From contig JAVLKG010000001.1 of assembly GCA_032128875.1 (NCBI GenBank), positions 192,001-256,000 of the forward strand: a stretch of 64,000 bases of DNA. The letters are read 5' to 3'. Under the pieces are notes generated by a model. It had not been told where the DNA came from and made no database searches. It was given only the letters and a program-made list of their open reading frames with translations. How positions within the stretch are numbered: the stretch's first letter is position 1; every line of letters starts with the position of its first letter. The DNA is from Candidatus Melainabacteria bacterium 17Bon1m. GTDB lineage: Bacteria; Cyanobacteriota; Vampirovibrionia; Obscuribacterales; Obscuribacteraceae. This document shows, one piece after another, positions 19,492 through 29,656 of the stretch. Position numbers and translations under genes: made by a program.

Positions 19492-21477
19492 TTATCTGCG
19501 TCTTTTGTCTGGATCTCGTTTTTTCGGCACATGTGGTTCGCTCAAGTGTTCGAGCTTCCACTGGTATTCAGTCCGTTCAATATTACGTCGATTCGCTTCA
19601 TTGTTTTCAATAATTTTTCCGTCCAGACCGCGGATCATTTTGGGCTGACCATCTGGGCCGGGGGGATACTTCTTATCGATTTGAGCTTGGTCATACTTCT
19701 TGATCACTTCGTACATCTTCGGAGAATCAATCGCGAGTGTTCGACGATCTCCACCATTGCGCTCTTGCCCTGTTATTCCCATGCGGAAGCCTGCTAGCGA
19801 CTCGGCGTGCTGTTCTGTAGGATGGAAGAAGTAAGCATTCATGGAAGGAACCTTCGCACGATCGCGCATCTGTTCTGGATCTAGTCGGCGTTTTCCATCA
19901 GTTGGTTGTTTGCCACCAGCCCAGCGAAATTCACCTTTTTCCTGGTCGAAACGCCACAGCCCACCAGTCTTGTCCTGGAGAACGGGTGTCTTCAGGCGTT
20001 CACTCCATCGCCATCCCATGTCGGCGGCAAGCTTTCTGCTTTCTGGTGTTCCTTCCGGACCTACCATATCGCCAAGCATTTTGCCCATCTTTTGCTCGTG
20101 GTGCCCGAGTTCGTGGTAGAGCGTAGCTTCTAATCCTTGTGCACCATTCATCTCTTGCCGAGCGAGCGGAAGGACATACATATTTCCATTTTTTGCATCT
20201 GTGATTGCCTTTGGATTGTGGCATCCATTGCATTCATGTGATGTCGCAGGCTTGTCACCTTTTTCACCTTTGTAGGCGCCATAAAGATCGGCTTTATTTT
20301 CATCTGCACGAATGAACCACATTTTCATGCCACTATAATTTTCGTGGCTCGTGTTTTTCAAAACATTTTTCAAGACATTGAGTTCGGCCTCTGATGGAAC
20401 ACCAGCATAAATAGGATCTTCTTGCGGCTCGCCGGGCACTCTGCCTTCGTTTTTTACCTTCTCTCCCGGTTTTGCAAACTTAATGCCGTATTGCCTGGTA
20501 ATTTCTTCTTGCATCTTGTTGATGCGTTCTAGTTGAGGTGATTGCGCAACCACGGCGTCGCCTTTGTCAGGCTTGAATCGAAATTCACCGTGTTCTGCAA
20601 GAGCAACAGTCCCTGATTTTTTCTCTCCGGTTTTCGTGTTCGTCCAATTTTTTCCGTCGCCCGTCCACTCTCCACTGCTATCACTGAAGCCAGTGGGAAT
20701 GCCTTTCTTATCGCGGGTGACAGAGAATTGTTCACCAGACTGATTGGTAATTGCGCGCGTAACTTTTCCGTCAGGAGAGTAAGTCGAGCGCACACCATAA
20801 TCTTCATTGCTGACAGAGTAATTGCCATTGCTGTCGATGCCGACTTGACCGCGCCGGAAGCGCAGATTGGGTTCCTCTGTCTTCCACGTTCTGCCACCAT
20901 CTTGCGATTTCCATTCGCCCAAGTGGTCGCGAACGAAGTTTGGCTTGCCGTCCATGCCGTATCGAATTTCGACCTGTGTGTCGACGGGCGAGCCTGTACC
21001 ATAGATTCGCGTGCGTTCAATCTTGCTGACGTCTGGCGGCAGCTGCTCCGTGCCAGGTAATGTGCGTTCGACGGGCCTGGCAGCGCGATCTACTGTCGCA
21101 ACGGGACGATCACCGCGCGCTGAAGCGAGATCTGTCGGCGTTCCTGCGCGTTCACCTTGCAATTGGCGTGTTCTTGGATTGAGCAAACCGCTAAAGTCGT
21201 TTCCATTAAATGCGATATCAAACCTGCCAAAGGCCTCGGGGACGCCGCCCAAATTTGCATTGCGCGTGAGATCACCCAGGAATCTGAGCGTGTCTTGAGG
21301 AGAACCCGCCGTAAGACCAACTCTGGAGGCAAAATCCGTGCCGCCGTTTGAAGAGGTTTCTGGCTTTACTTCTGGTTTTACATCAGCTGTCGGCGTTTCG
21401 TTATTTTGGTCTGCGACCGTGTGTCGCTGTCGAGCCGGTTCAACCGGAGTATCTGCTATAGGCATGCTTAAACCCAA
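19492..21477 (-). CDS. Putative effector with beta-repeat region and C-terminal zincin metallopeptidase-like domain
   Basis: TLYHELGHHE (HExxH) plus downstream EQHAESLA; short W-containing beta repeats (GEWKSQDGGRTW, GEWTGDGKNW). Confidence 0.65.
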   Translation of the reverse strand: MGLSMPIADTPVEPARQRHTVADQNNETPTADVKPEVKPETSSNGGTDFASRVGLTAGSPQDTLRFLGDLTRNANLGGVPEAFGRFDIAFNGNDFSGLLNPRTRQLQGERAGTPTDLASARGDRPVATVDRAARPVERTLPGTEQLPPDVSKIERTRIYGTGSPVDTQVEIRYGMDGKPNFVRDHLGEWKSQDGGRTWKTEEPNLRFRRGQVGIDSNGNYSVSNEDYGVRSTYSPDGKVTRAITNQSGEQFSVTRDKKGIPTGFSDSSGEWTGDGKNWTNTKTGEKKSGTVALAEHGEFRFKPDKGDAVVAQSPQLERINKMQEEITRQYGIKFAKPGEKVKNEGRVPGEPQEDPIYAGVPSEAELNVLKNVLKNTSHENYSGMKMWFIRADENKADLYGAYKGEKGDKPATSHECNGCHNPKAITDAKNGNMYVLPLARQEMNGAQGLEATLYHELGHHEQKMGKMLGDMVGPEGTPESRKLAADMGWRWSERLKTPVLQDKTGGLWRFDQEKGEFRWAGGKQPTDGKRRLDPEQMRDRAKVPSMNAYFFHPTEQHAESLAGFRMGITGQERNGGDRRTLAIDSPKMYEVIKKYDQAQIDKKYPPGPDGQPKMIRGLDGKIIENNEANRRNIERTEYQWKLEHLSEPHVPKKRDPDKRRR

Positions 21478-21725
21478 TGGAGAGTGGACCGCTTTTGGCG
21501 GGTGAGGAGGTTTATCGCGGGGAAGGTCATAGTAATCGCGACCTTATTATATGGAAGGCAGTGTGAACAGGTCGTGAAGAAGCGGTCTATCCCTCTGCCG
21601 GAGGCGAAGCAGCCGTTTAATATTTCTCTGCGGGTCTTACGAACCGGCATGCGTGCCTACCCCATTGAAAGGTTGCTTGCAAAAGCGCAGACTGCGGACA
21701 ACCTCCCTTGCATCGCGGTCCTCGC

Positions 21726-23603
21726 ATGCCTGAACTTGCATCCGACTCCAAATCCAAAGCTTCTGACGCTCACAAATCTGATAGTGCGGTGAATTGGGCT
21801 GAGCAGAATATTCTGAATCCCGCTCTCAACGCGGGTCCGCTGGCTATGTACAACATTGTGGCGGACGCAGCGAACTTGCCTGAAGTACACCTTCAGGTAG
21901 AAGAGCAAAAGCCATATAGTCCTGGCTGGTTCGTGCAAGGTGTATCGGGCGGCGTTGGCGCTGTTCTTCCTTTCTATCTGGCTGGCAAAGGCGCGGGCAA
22001 GGCGATGTTGGCTGCCGATGGAGCGCTCGCCGGAACCAGGGTTGGTGAGGCATTAAGTCCGGTTTTAACGTCGAGCCGTGTCGCAAACATCACAGGCGCA
22101 GCAGCATTTGGGGGCTTGCAGAGGCCGGACGAAAACCACACTCGCCTGGGAAACGCTATTGGAACGGGCGTTGGCTTCCTTGTTTTTGATAGGGGTAACC
22201 TTCTGTCCAAGCAGCTGCCGCTTGCTGGCAGGCTTGCCGCCTATCCAATGACCGGTTTTGTCGGCGGCGCAGTCATGAGTGAAACGTCGCAACTGGCTTC
22301 GAATGGAAAGCTGGCGCCGGCAGAGGTTGTACTGCAGTCAGGAGTTCAAGGTATGGCATTGAACACCCTTCTGCCATTGGCGCACGAGGGCTTTACGAGG
22401 ATCTCGACCAAGTCGCTTCCCTCAGAGCCAGTTGGTAGACAAGGCTCCGGCGAACCTGGAAGCACTTCCGTTTTAGAAACCAAGATTGGCGCCGAAGAAG
22501 TCAGAACCAACGGAATCATCGCGCCCGAAGGGGGACTCGAAGGAGCGTTTAGTAAAGTTGCTCTGCAAAACAGCACCCAATTGCGCGCGCTATCTAAGTC
22601 TTATTCTGATTGGGTCAACGAAACCAAACCGAGCTATCCGGCTAGCGAAGAGTTTGCAAACCTATCTCCTAACGAGATTGTGCAGCGTGGTTTTTACCAC
22701 CCTGAGGCGACTAACCTCGACCTGCTCAAAACCTTCCAGGATGCAAAACCTCGCCCTCTACCTGACGCGAAAGTTGTTGCGTCCGAAGTAGGAAAGAGCA
22801 TGGAGTCCATGCCTATCGCGAAGCCTACCGGCGATCTGGTGCTGGGCGAATGGAACATGGAATTTCTTACCGGTGACAAAGCCCAGTATTTCAGCGATAC
22901 CTATAAGCACATCGTGCCACGCCACCACCTCATGTTTGTGGAAGAAACTAACGTCGATGGATTGGCTAGAGTTGCAAAAGACAATGGATACAACTATGAG
23001 GTATCGCGAGATAACAGCAGAGGGCAAGCGGTTGGATTTCTCGTTCACCCCCGCTTGAAAGTCCTGGGCACGCATACTTACGAAGAAGTCGCCAACGTGC
23101 ACAACATTCCAGACTTGCGACCGGCATTTCGTGTTGATTTGCTTGATACTGCATCTGGTGAAAAGTTTTCCGCAGTCACTGTTCACCTTAAGTCAATGAG
23201 AGGCGGGCCGGAAGCCACTGCTCCTGTTCGCACCGAGCAGGCTAGAATCCTTGCCGCATCTCTGGGCAAGGATTTCCGTGGTATCGTAGCTGGTGATTGG
23301 AATACTTTCCTTGATAAAACCCGCGAACTCGATCCGCTTTTGAATGCCGGCTTTAAAATTGCCAATCCTGGTGATACCACTTCCACACAGTCGATGGGCG
23401 GACGCTTGGATGGCTTCTTGTACAAAGGCATTCCGTGGCTGATGTCGAATCCGGAAGTGCGTCCTTTCTTCCAGAACCCACGCATCACTAGAGGTCTGTC
23501 TGATCACGGATTGCTTAGCACGACGTTGAGACCACAAAGAACGACCGTGCCAATTCTGCAATACATTCCGACGTGGGCGTCATTTGACCAGTCGAGAAAC
23601 TGA
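21726..23603 (+). CDS. Protein with Gly-rich hydrophobic N-terminal half and C-terminal EEP (DNase I-like endonuclease/exonuclease/phosphatase) domain
   Basis: EEP motifs EWNMEFL, FVEE, VHLKS, IVAGDWN, RLDGF, SDH; ATG at 21726. Confidence 0.8.
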   Translation: MPELASDSKSKASDAHKSDSAVNWAEQNILNPALNAGPLAMYNIVADAANLPEVHLQVEEQKPYSPGWFVQGVSGGVGAVLPFYLAGKGAGKAMLAADGALAGTRVGEALSPVLTSSRVANITGAAAFGGLQRPDENHTRLGNAIGTGVGFLVFDRGNLLSKQLPLAGRLAAYPMTGFVGGAVMSETSQLASNGKLAPAEVVLQSGVQGMALNTLLPLAHEGFTRISTKSLPSEPVGRQGSGEPGSTSVLETKIGAEEVRTNGIIAPEGGLEGAFSKVALQNSTQLRALSKSYSDWVNETKPSYPASEEFANLSPNEIVQRGFYHPEATNLDLLKTFQDAKPRPLPDAKVVASEVGKSMESMPIAKPTGDLVLGEWNMEFLTGDKAQYFSDTYKHIVPRHHLMFVEETNVDGLARVAKDNGYNYEVSRDNSRGQAVGFLVHPRLKVLGTHTYEEVANVHNIPDLRPAFRVDLLDTASGEKFSAVTVHLKSMRGGPEATAPVRTEQARILAASLGKDFRGIVAGDWNTFLDKTRELDPLLNAGFKIANPGDTTSTQSMGGRLDGFLYKGIPWLMSNPEVRPFFQNPRITRGLSDHGLLSTTLRPQRTTVPILQYIPTWASFDQSRN

Positions 23604-23645
23604 TTAACTTAATTGAGAGCCGCTTAGTTTGGTAGAGAAACTGAT

Positions 23646-24728
23646 TTATTTAGTCGCGACGTAGATGCAGTTTTGAATGTCGTGCGTGAGTTTTTGAATT
23701 TCAACCGACTTGAATCCCGCGCGCTCCAGGTAGTTTTTTGCAGTCTCCCGCCCCCACATGGTGCCGAGTCCTTCGCCGTTTTGCGAAAGAGAGACAGTCA
23801 TGCAATGCATACAAGAAACGGCGTACAAGAATGGACCGAGTGGATGATTGAGGTTGTTCTCTACCTTACTTGATGCGTCGATATCTTGCATCAAGAATGT
23901 GCCGGTTGATTTCAATGCCTTGCTTATATTGTTCAAAACAGTCTGAGGCTGCGCTTGATCGTGAATTGCATCAAAGGCGGTGATGAAGTCAAATTTCTCT
24001 ACGTCTCCAAGAGCGGAAACATCGCGAACTTCAAATGACAGATTGCTTAAACCTCTTGCCTTTGCCTCTTGTGTGGCGAAAGCAACGGTGTCATCGCAAA
24101 GGTCATATCCAACAAATTTACTCTTTGGAAACGCCTTCGCCATGCGCATTAACGCCAGCCCGCGCCCGCATCCAATGTCCATTACGTCGATGCCTTGTTC
24201 TAATTTCTCAACGAGTCCGTCAACCAATGGCAAGACAGTCTCGAGTAGTGCAGGAACAAGTGATTGGCCGCTGTCTTCTGCCATCACTTCATGGAAGCGC
24301 TTGAAGGATGAATACGGCACGCCGCCACCTTTGTGGAAGCATTCAATGATTTCATCCTCGACGCCTGCCATTACGCTGACATACTGCGCGAACACTGCAA
24401 GATTGTCTTTTCCGGATTGGCGGATGAGCAAGTACGCATGCTCTGGCGGCAAGGAGTATTGCTGGTGTTGAGCATCGAAATTGACGATCCCGCTGACAGT
24501 CATCGCGTTCAGCCATTCGCGAACATATCTTTCGTTGAGGGTCGCCGCTTTTGCGAGCTGTTCACTAGACGCCGCACCGATTTCCGCCATTTTGTCAAAG
24601 AGTTTTGTGCGATGACCGACGGCGATCATTAATGTTGTCGCGGCGCCGTTGTAAATATCGAGAAGCTTTTCGTCAAATCGCTTCTCTGTTTTCGTTTCCG
24701 CAGGTGCTGGCATTAAAAATTTCCTCAA
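23646..24728 (-). CDS. SAM-dependent methyltransferase with N-terminal winged helix (Rv2258c-like)
   Basis: LNERYVREWL winged helix, VMDIGCGRG, FDAIHD, LGTMWG. Confidence 0.9.
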   Translation of the reverse strand: MRKFLMPAPAETKTEKRFDEKLLDIYNGAATTLMIAVGHRTKLFDKMAEIGAASSEQLAKAATLNERYVREWLNAMTVSGIVNFDAQHQQYSLPPEHAYLLIRQSGKDNLAVFAQYVSVMAGVEDEIIECFHKGGGVPYSSFKRFHEVMAEDSGQSLVPALLETVLPLVDGLVEKLEQGIDVMDIGCGRGLALMRMAKAFPKSKFVGYDLCDDTVAFATQEAKARGLSNLSFEVRDVSALGDVEKFDFITAFDAIHDQAQPQTVLNNISKALKSTGTFLMQDIDASSKVENNLNHPLGPFLYAVSCMHCMTVSLSQNGEGLGTMWGRETAKNYLERAGFKSVEIQKLTHDIQNCIYVATK

Positions 24729-24860
24729 ACTGCAACAATCGGTCTAATTTGAAAGTGTATTAGAGTAGGTGGTTAAGTTGGCGCAGTTCAATGTTTTGTG
24801 AATGAATTCTGTCTGTAAGGTTGGTGCATTTTAGGCGCTATTGCGCTTCTAGGAGACGTA

Positions 24861-25553
24861 ATGTTTAAACCCGGTTCGATATTGGCATCTGTCCTTCTAT
24901 GTTCTTCGCTTGCCTCTGCGGCATTAGCTGCCGACATTATTGAAGTGACTGTTTATCATGATTCCGAGTTAAACACGAAATCCGGTTTGACATGGTTGGG
25001 CTTGTTTCCGACGAAAGCTGGACAGTTTGAGTTGCGACCGACGAAGGTTAATGTGCAAAGAGTTCGCGACGAAATCAACGACGAGGCTGCTGACCAAAAG
25101 ACTGGAAAGAAAGTCACCGCCTCTGATAAGGTCGAGCCCTTATTCTTGATCAACGGCGTGTCGGCGCTCAAAGCTGGAAAAGTCAGTACGAGCAAGACGT
25201 ATCAGAAAGAACGTCCGGACATTGGATTCAAAACGAAACTGAATCTCGGTACTAAGGAATCGACGCTCACTGTAAGCGGTACGAAGAAAGACAGCGAATA
25301 TCGCAAGAACTACAAGATTGTCCTCGGAACTGGTGGCGTGAAGCAAATAGTGTACGAGCGCAAAGAAGTAAGTGACTCGTCCTTTCCGTCGCTGCTTTGG
25401 GCCGGCGATCTCGATGGCGATGGGAAACTGGACTTGATCTTGGATACGACCGACAATTACAACGTTCGCGATGTGACGCTGTTTCTCTCTACCAAGGCAA
25501 AGCCCGGCAAGTTAGTTGAGAAGGTCGTCAGCCACGAATCGACCGGCTGCTAG
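24861..25553 (+). CDS. Secreted hypothetical protein with an FG-GAP/VCBS-like Ca-binding motif
   Basis: Signal peptide; WAGDLDGDGKLDLIL. Confidence 0.75.
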   Translation: MFKPGSILASVLLCSSLASAALAADIIEVTVYHDSELNTKSGLTWLGLFPTKAGQFELRPTKVNVQRVRDEINDEAADQKTGKKVTASDKVEPLFLINGVSALKAGKVSTSKTYQKERPDIGFKTKLNLGTKESTLTVSGTKKDSEYRKNYKIVLGTGGVKQIVYERKEVSDSSFPSLLWAGDLDGDGKLDLILDTTDNYNVRDVTLFLSTKAKPGKLVEKVVSHESTGC

Positions 25554-25582
25554 TGCGGCTTGCTGATTGTTGATTAAGAAGT

Positions 25583-25606
25583 GTAGGAGCGGGATTAATC
25601 CCGCCC
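25583..25606 (+). repeat. GTAG-family REP-like palindrome
   Basis: GTAGGAGCGGGATTAATCCCGCCC between convergent genes. Confidence 0.7.
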
Positions 25607-25625
25607 GCAGACATCACTTTCTGTA

Positions 25626-26651
25626 TCACTTCACCGAATAATTTCGATGCAGCCACTTACCTTCGTTCGATAAATCGCGTGTTTCGTAGAGCACGTTTTT
25701 CTGCGATTCTTGTTTGACGATTAATGCGTTGCCGTTAAACATCACCACAGTCGCACTCTGACTCGCGAGATCCTTCATGCTGTTCATTACCTGAACTAGA
25801 TTTGGAGGTGCGAAATTCTCTTGTTGTTTTTGCTCTGAAAAAGCTTCTACTGCAGCAGCCTTCAAAAGCTTGCCACTCATCTTTCTAAATAGAGATGTTG
25901 ATGAGTAGATGTCGATGCTGTTCATCTGCCCATTAATCGCGAATGCGCATCCAATTACATACGGCTTTTCTCCGAGCGCTTGATTGAGATTATCAACGTA
26001 GCGTGCTGTGCATTCTTGAATTTTTTTGTTTTCCAATGTCAGTTGCAAGCTTGTAGTCGACATTTGATCTTGAATGGCTGAGAGTGGAACACCCGCGTTC
26101 ATTGCGCTGCGGCATTGCAACTTCCCAACTTCAGTCCAGATTGCGCCTTGCGAGCCGCTTTTGGCAGCCATTCGCAACTTCGTGGACGATAAGTAAAAGT
26201 CAGATTGAGAGAAAGTATCATCACCTTCTTGCCCTCGTTTTTGCCAGCGTCCTTGTTCGACGCAGAATGAGTTGATTGACTCGAAATCTGATTTCGATTT
26301 GAGAATCATGTCGTGCTGCAACGTTCGATCTTGTTTGCCACCTTTTACGATGTCTCCAGATTGAATGAAAACAACTTCGTCGCCGGCATTTTTGATGCGC
26401 AGCGACTGCACCTGACTTGTTTCCTCTATTACTACTTTCTTCTTCGCAAGCGCTTCTTCCAGTGTGATGAAGTTGGTGGTGCTTACGTCTGTTCCGTGTA
26501 TTAAGTACATTGCCAGGTTGCCACTCGTGAATGGTCCCGACATTTCTGCTTCAGTGAAAACAAATGGTTCGACTTCCACTGACTCTTCTCGCCAGGAAGT
26601 ATCAGTGTTTTGACCACGAGTTCTATCTCTGAGCCAAGAGAATAAACTCAT
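25626..26651 (-). CDS. ARPP-1/DUF6569 family protein
   Basis: ITLEEAL...ETSQVQSLRIKN...FIQSGDIVKGGKQDR...FCVEQGRW...QGAIW pattern. Confidence 0.75.
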   Translation of the reverse strand: MSLFSWLRDRTRGQNTDTSWREESVEVEPFVFTEAEMSGPFTSGNLAMYLIHGTDVSTTNFITLEEALAKKKVVIEETSQVQSLRIKNAGDEVVFIQSGDIVKGGKQDRTLQHDMILKSKSDFESINSFCVEQGRWQKRGQEGDDTFSQSDFYLSSTKLRMAAKSGSQGAIWTEVGKLQCRSAMNAGVPLSAIQDQMSTTSLQLTLENKKIQECTARYVDNLNQALGEKPYVIGCAFAINGQMNSIDIYSSTSLFRKMSGKLLKAAAVEAFSEQKQQENFAPPNLVQVMNSMKDLASQSATVVMFNGNALIVKQESQKNVLYETRDLSNEGKWLHRNYSVK

Positions 26652-27139
26652 GCGCCCTCCTTCGCGAGCTGATGGGTAAGCTCACGATTTGTTTTTAGAA
26701 AATGCCAACGCTTCGCCAGAGCTGTGGCGCACAACTGCCACAACAAATACGCTAATAAATATGTGTGTCCCCAAACGCGTAACTCCATCCTACCAGGCAG
26801 CGCCAAATCGCGCGATGGCCTGGGCGTTTGCCTGTCGTAGGTCTGAAAACCCTTGTTGCAACTGTGTTGTGGGCTCGTTTTGTATCGCTGAAATCATTGC
26901 CCCTTGGCAACATTGAGGAATTCTAAGGAAAGCGCTGTTTTGGGGATTTTGACAGGATGTGAGCTGTGCCATAGTTGTCCCGTCGTCCCGCGGTATATAT
27001 TGGCGCCGCGAGGTGCCCAAATGGAGAGCGTCTTGGCGGATGAAGCTTTTCGGTTGTCTTTGCATGGAAGTTGTAAAACGGCAGTCCATGAGGACGGGGC
27101 GCCGTATAATGGGATAATGAGATAACGGGGGATTGGTGA

Positions 27140-28021
27140 GTGGAAAATTCGAACTTAGGTGGTTCAAATCGCGGCAAGACCTCTGACGATCTTTCGAAAA
27201 AAATTCTTGGCGGATTGCAGGGTAAATTCACCGGCGAAGAGACGGCTCACTGGATTGCCGACGTCAACAAAGAGCCTACTGCTGCAGTCACAAAGACGCA
27301 TAGCGAGCCAGTTCATCTTACAAGCGTTGCATTTTTGGATAGACTATTCGATGACTTTCAGCGTTATGCTTTTGAATTGGCGAACGCCGAAACCGTTGAC
27401 AATAACCATGTCGTAATTACTCGACCTACTGCTCCGGCAACGACAAACCAGCCCGCAGAGTCGCTGGTAATATTTCAAGGAACGCTAGTAACAGAGCCCT
27501 GGGCGTTGGTGATGCAAGCGCAGGCACAAAAGATACACGCATACATCGTGCCGATTGAAAATTTGAGTACCTTCGCTGGACGCGAGTCATTCTTTTCTAG
27601 CTATATGGATCTCGATGCCACCACTGAAGATGGCGAGACAGTTTGGAAGGTTGATGGTCAGGTTATCTTGGACTCGATGCTTTCATACTTATCAAAGAAA
27701 CTCTTTGGGATTTTGATTCGCGTTGCGAACGGCACTGCGTTGCCTGCAGATCGTTTTTCGATGGATGAGAATTCCAAGGAGGCGCTCAACCTTTCGGATT
27801 CTCTTGCACAGTCACGTCGTGGAACTTTGGCTGGCTATGAGAATTTCACCGCGCTTGTTGACTGTGAGGTAAACAACCTCAGTGCTATTGCGATGAAGGC
27901 GATTGCGGTTTTGGACAAAGACCATGCTCGGGAAGTCGTGTTGCGCACAAATCATTTAAAAATGTGGCGTGAAAAACTTTTGGCACTCGGCGACGAGTTG
28001 AAGCAGATCATGACTGAGTAA
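27140..28021 (+). CDS. Hypothetical protein
   Basis: 293-aa ORF; no recognised motif. Confidence 0.65.
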   Translation: MENSNLGGSNRGKTSDDLSKKILGGLQGKFTGEETAHWIADVNKEPTAAVTKTHSEPVHLTSVAFLDRLFDDFQRYAFELANAETVDNNHVVITRPTAPATTNQPAESLVIFQGTLVTEPWALVMQAQAQKIHAYIVPIENLSTFAGRESFFSSYMDLDATTEDGETVWKVDGQVILDSMLSYLSKKLFGILIRVANGTALPADRFSMDENSKEALNLSDSLAQSRRGTLAGYENFTALVDCEVNNLSAIAMKAIAVLDKDHAREVVLRTNHLKMWREKLLALGDELKQIMTE

Positions 28022-28080
28022 AACCAGGTAATTGCGCCTTGGGTATTTAATCCTAACTCTAGATACAATACCCAGTATTG

Positions 28081-29634
28081 CTAGGTAAGAACTGCGTATC
28101 CCCATGCGGGGAAGTCAATGAAGAAGCCATTCTCTGTAAGTTCGATGAACTTCATGTCTGCGCTGCTCGACATGCGTATGTCGAAGTCTTTCAAGCCTAG
28201 CGCAGGCTCCGTGCCAGCAGGAGAGACATTGACATAGCACTGTGCCTGGTGTGGTGAGTAATTCACAACCACATAAACAGGCTTGTCTCCTGGGGTATTT
28301 CCTGCCGAATCTGCTGTTAAAGAGTCAGCGTTGTTATCTTTTGTCCATGCAAATGCAATGAAACAATCCGACGTCCAGTTGTCTTCCCACGCGCGGGTGC
28401 ATTCGAGCAATTTCCATTCGCCCTCATGCACGACTGGCATTTTGAGACAGTCGAGAAGATTTCTGTAGAAACTTTGTATATCTGGATCGATTTCTTCTTT
28501 TGGTTTGCGTTGCACGTGCACTGATACGCGCTTGCGAAATCCTTCGAATTGACCTTGGTGCAGGAATCGCAAGCCTTGAGAAAAGAACGTCAGCAACGAC
28601 GCAGCCTTGTGTTGTTCTCTTCCAAAAACACCTGCAGCGCGCGGCTCGTCATGGTTTTCCAAAAATCTAGCAGAGTGCTGTTGATAGTCTGGCGCGGCCC
28701 AGAAGTGTTCGCGAACAGGGCGACTCTCATTCTGGCGAAGGCGATCGTAAAGTCGCTTATCGTAAGTAAAGTCGAACCCGAGCTGCTGAAGCTCCCACTC
28801 TCTGTCCCAATAAACTTCTGCCATGAAAACAAAACCGGGGTGTTTCTTTTTTACATTGGAAATTGCTTCGGGCCAAAATTGTTGGATATCCACTCCCCAG
28901 GTCCGGGAGAAAACATCAGGCAGAATAAGCATTGCCATATCGCAGCGCAGCCCATCACAGACCGTAGCGATCTTATTTACCTCGGCGAACATTGCCTCGC
29001 GGAAAGCTGGATTGCCGTAATTAAGCTGCAGCGTATCCGGCCAACCATCGAAATATGGATCGCGCCCGTGCGCGAATATTTTCTCGCCTATTCGAAGAAA
29101 ATTTTGTGGCGCATTGCTGATGCTACCTTCATCACCCTGAATATAAAACTCAGGATACGATTTCACCCAATGGTGATCGATTGCCGTGTGGTTTGGCACC
29201 AGATCTAGCATCAGTTTCAAACCACGCTCGTTGAGGCGTTGCTTCAGTCGAACCAGCGCTTCAGGCTTGCCGAAATTGCTGTGCAGCGCGTAGTCCGTAA
29301 TCGCAAAACCAGAGCCGCAAATGTCTTCATCCGTCAAGTCAGGAATGTCGGCTTTGAAGCCTTCCTTCCATCCAGGATGATTCATCGAGATTTTGCGTCC
29401 AGCCTCACCTGTTTGCCAAACACTGAGAAAGTAGATCCAGGTAAAACCCGTCTCTGCAAAATCATCGAAAACAGAATCGGGAATGTCGTCGAGAGTTGCA
29501 TGCCGTCCTAACTCCCTGGACAATTCTGTTAGCCAAACACGAGTGTTGACTTGATACAAAGTTGGATTCTTTTGAAGAACCTTTAGTCTGTCAAGCGTCT
29601 TTTGTGATGGCTGCGCTTTCTGCTTTGTATTCAT
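28081..29634 (-). CDS. GH13 alpha-amylase family glycosyl hydrolase
   Basis: Conserved regions MLDLVPNH, DGLRCDMA, FMAEVY, RFLENHDE. Confidence 0.9.
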   Translation of the reverse strand: MNTKQKAQPSQKTLDRLKVLQKNPTLYQVNTRVWLTELSRELGRHATLDDIPDSVFDDFAETGFTWIYFLSVWQTGEAGRKISMNHPGWKEGFKADIPDLTDEDICGSGFAITDYALHSNFGKPEALVRLKQRLNERGLKLMLDLVPNHTAIDHHWVKSYPEFYIQGDEGSISNAPQNFLRIGEKIFAHGRDPYFDGWPDTLQLNYGNPAFREAMFAEVNKIATVCDGLRCDMAMLILPDVFSRTWGVDIQQFWPEAISNVKKKHPGFVFMAEVYWDREWELQQLGFDFTYDKRLYDRLRQNESRPVREHFWAAPDYQQHSARFLENHDEPRAAGVFGREQHKAASLLTFFSQGLRFLHQGQFEGFRKRVSVHVQRKPKEEIDPDIQSFYRNLLDCLKMPVVHEGEWKLLECTRAWEDNWTSDCFIAFAWTKDNNADSLTADSAGNTPGDKPVYVVVNYSPHQAQCYVNVSPAGTEPALGLKDFDIRMSSSADMKFIELTENGFFIDFPAWGYAVLT

Positions 29635-29656
29635 CGAAAGCTTTCCTTGTTAGTCA

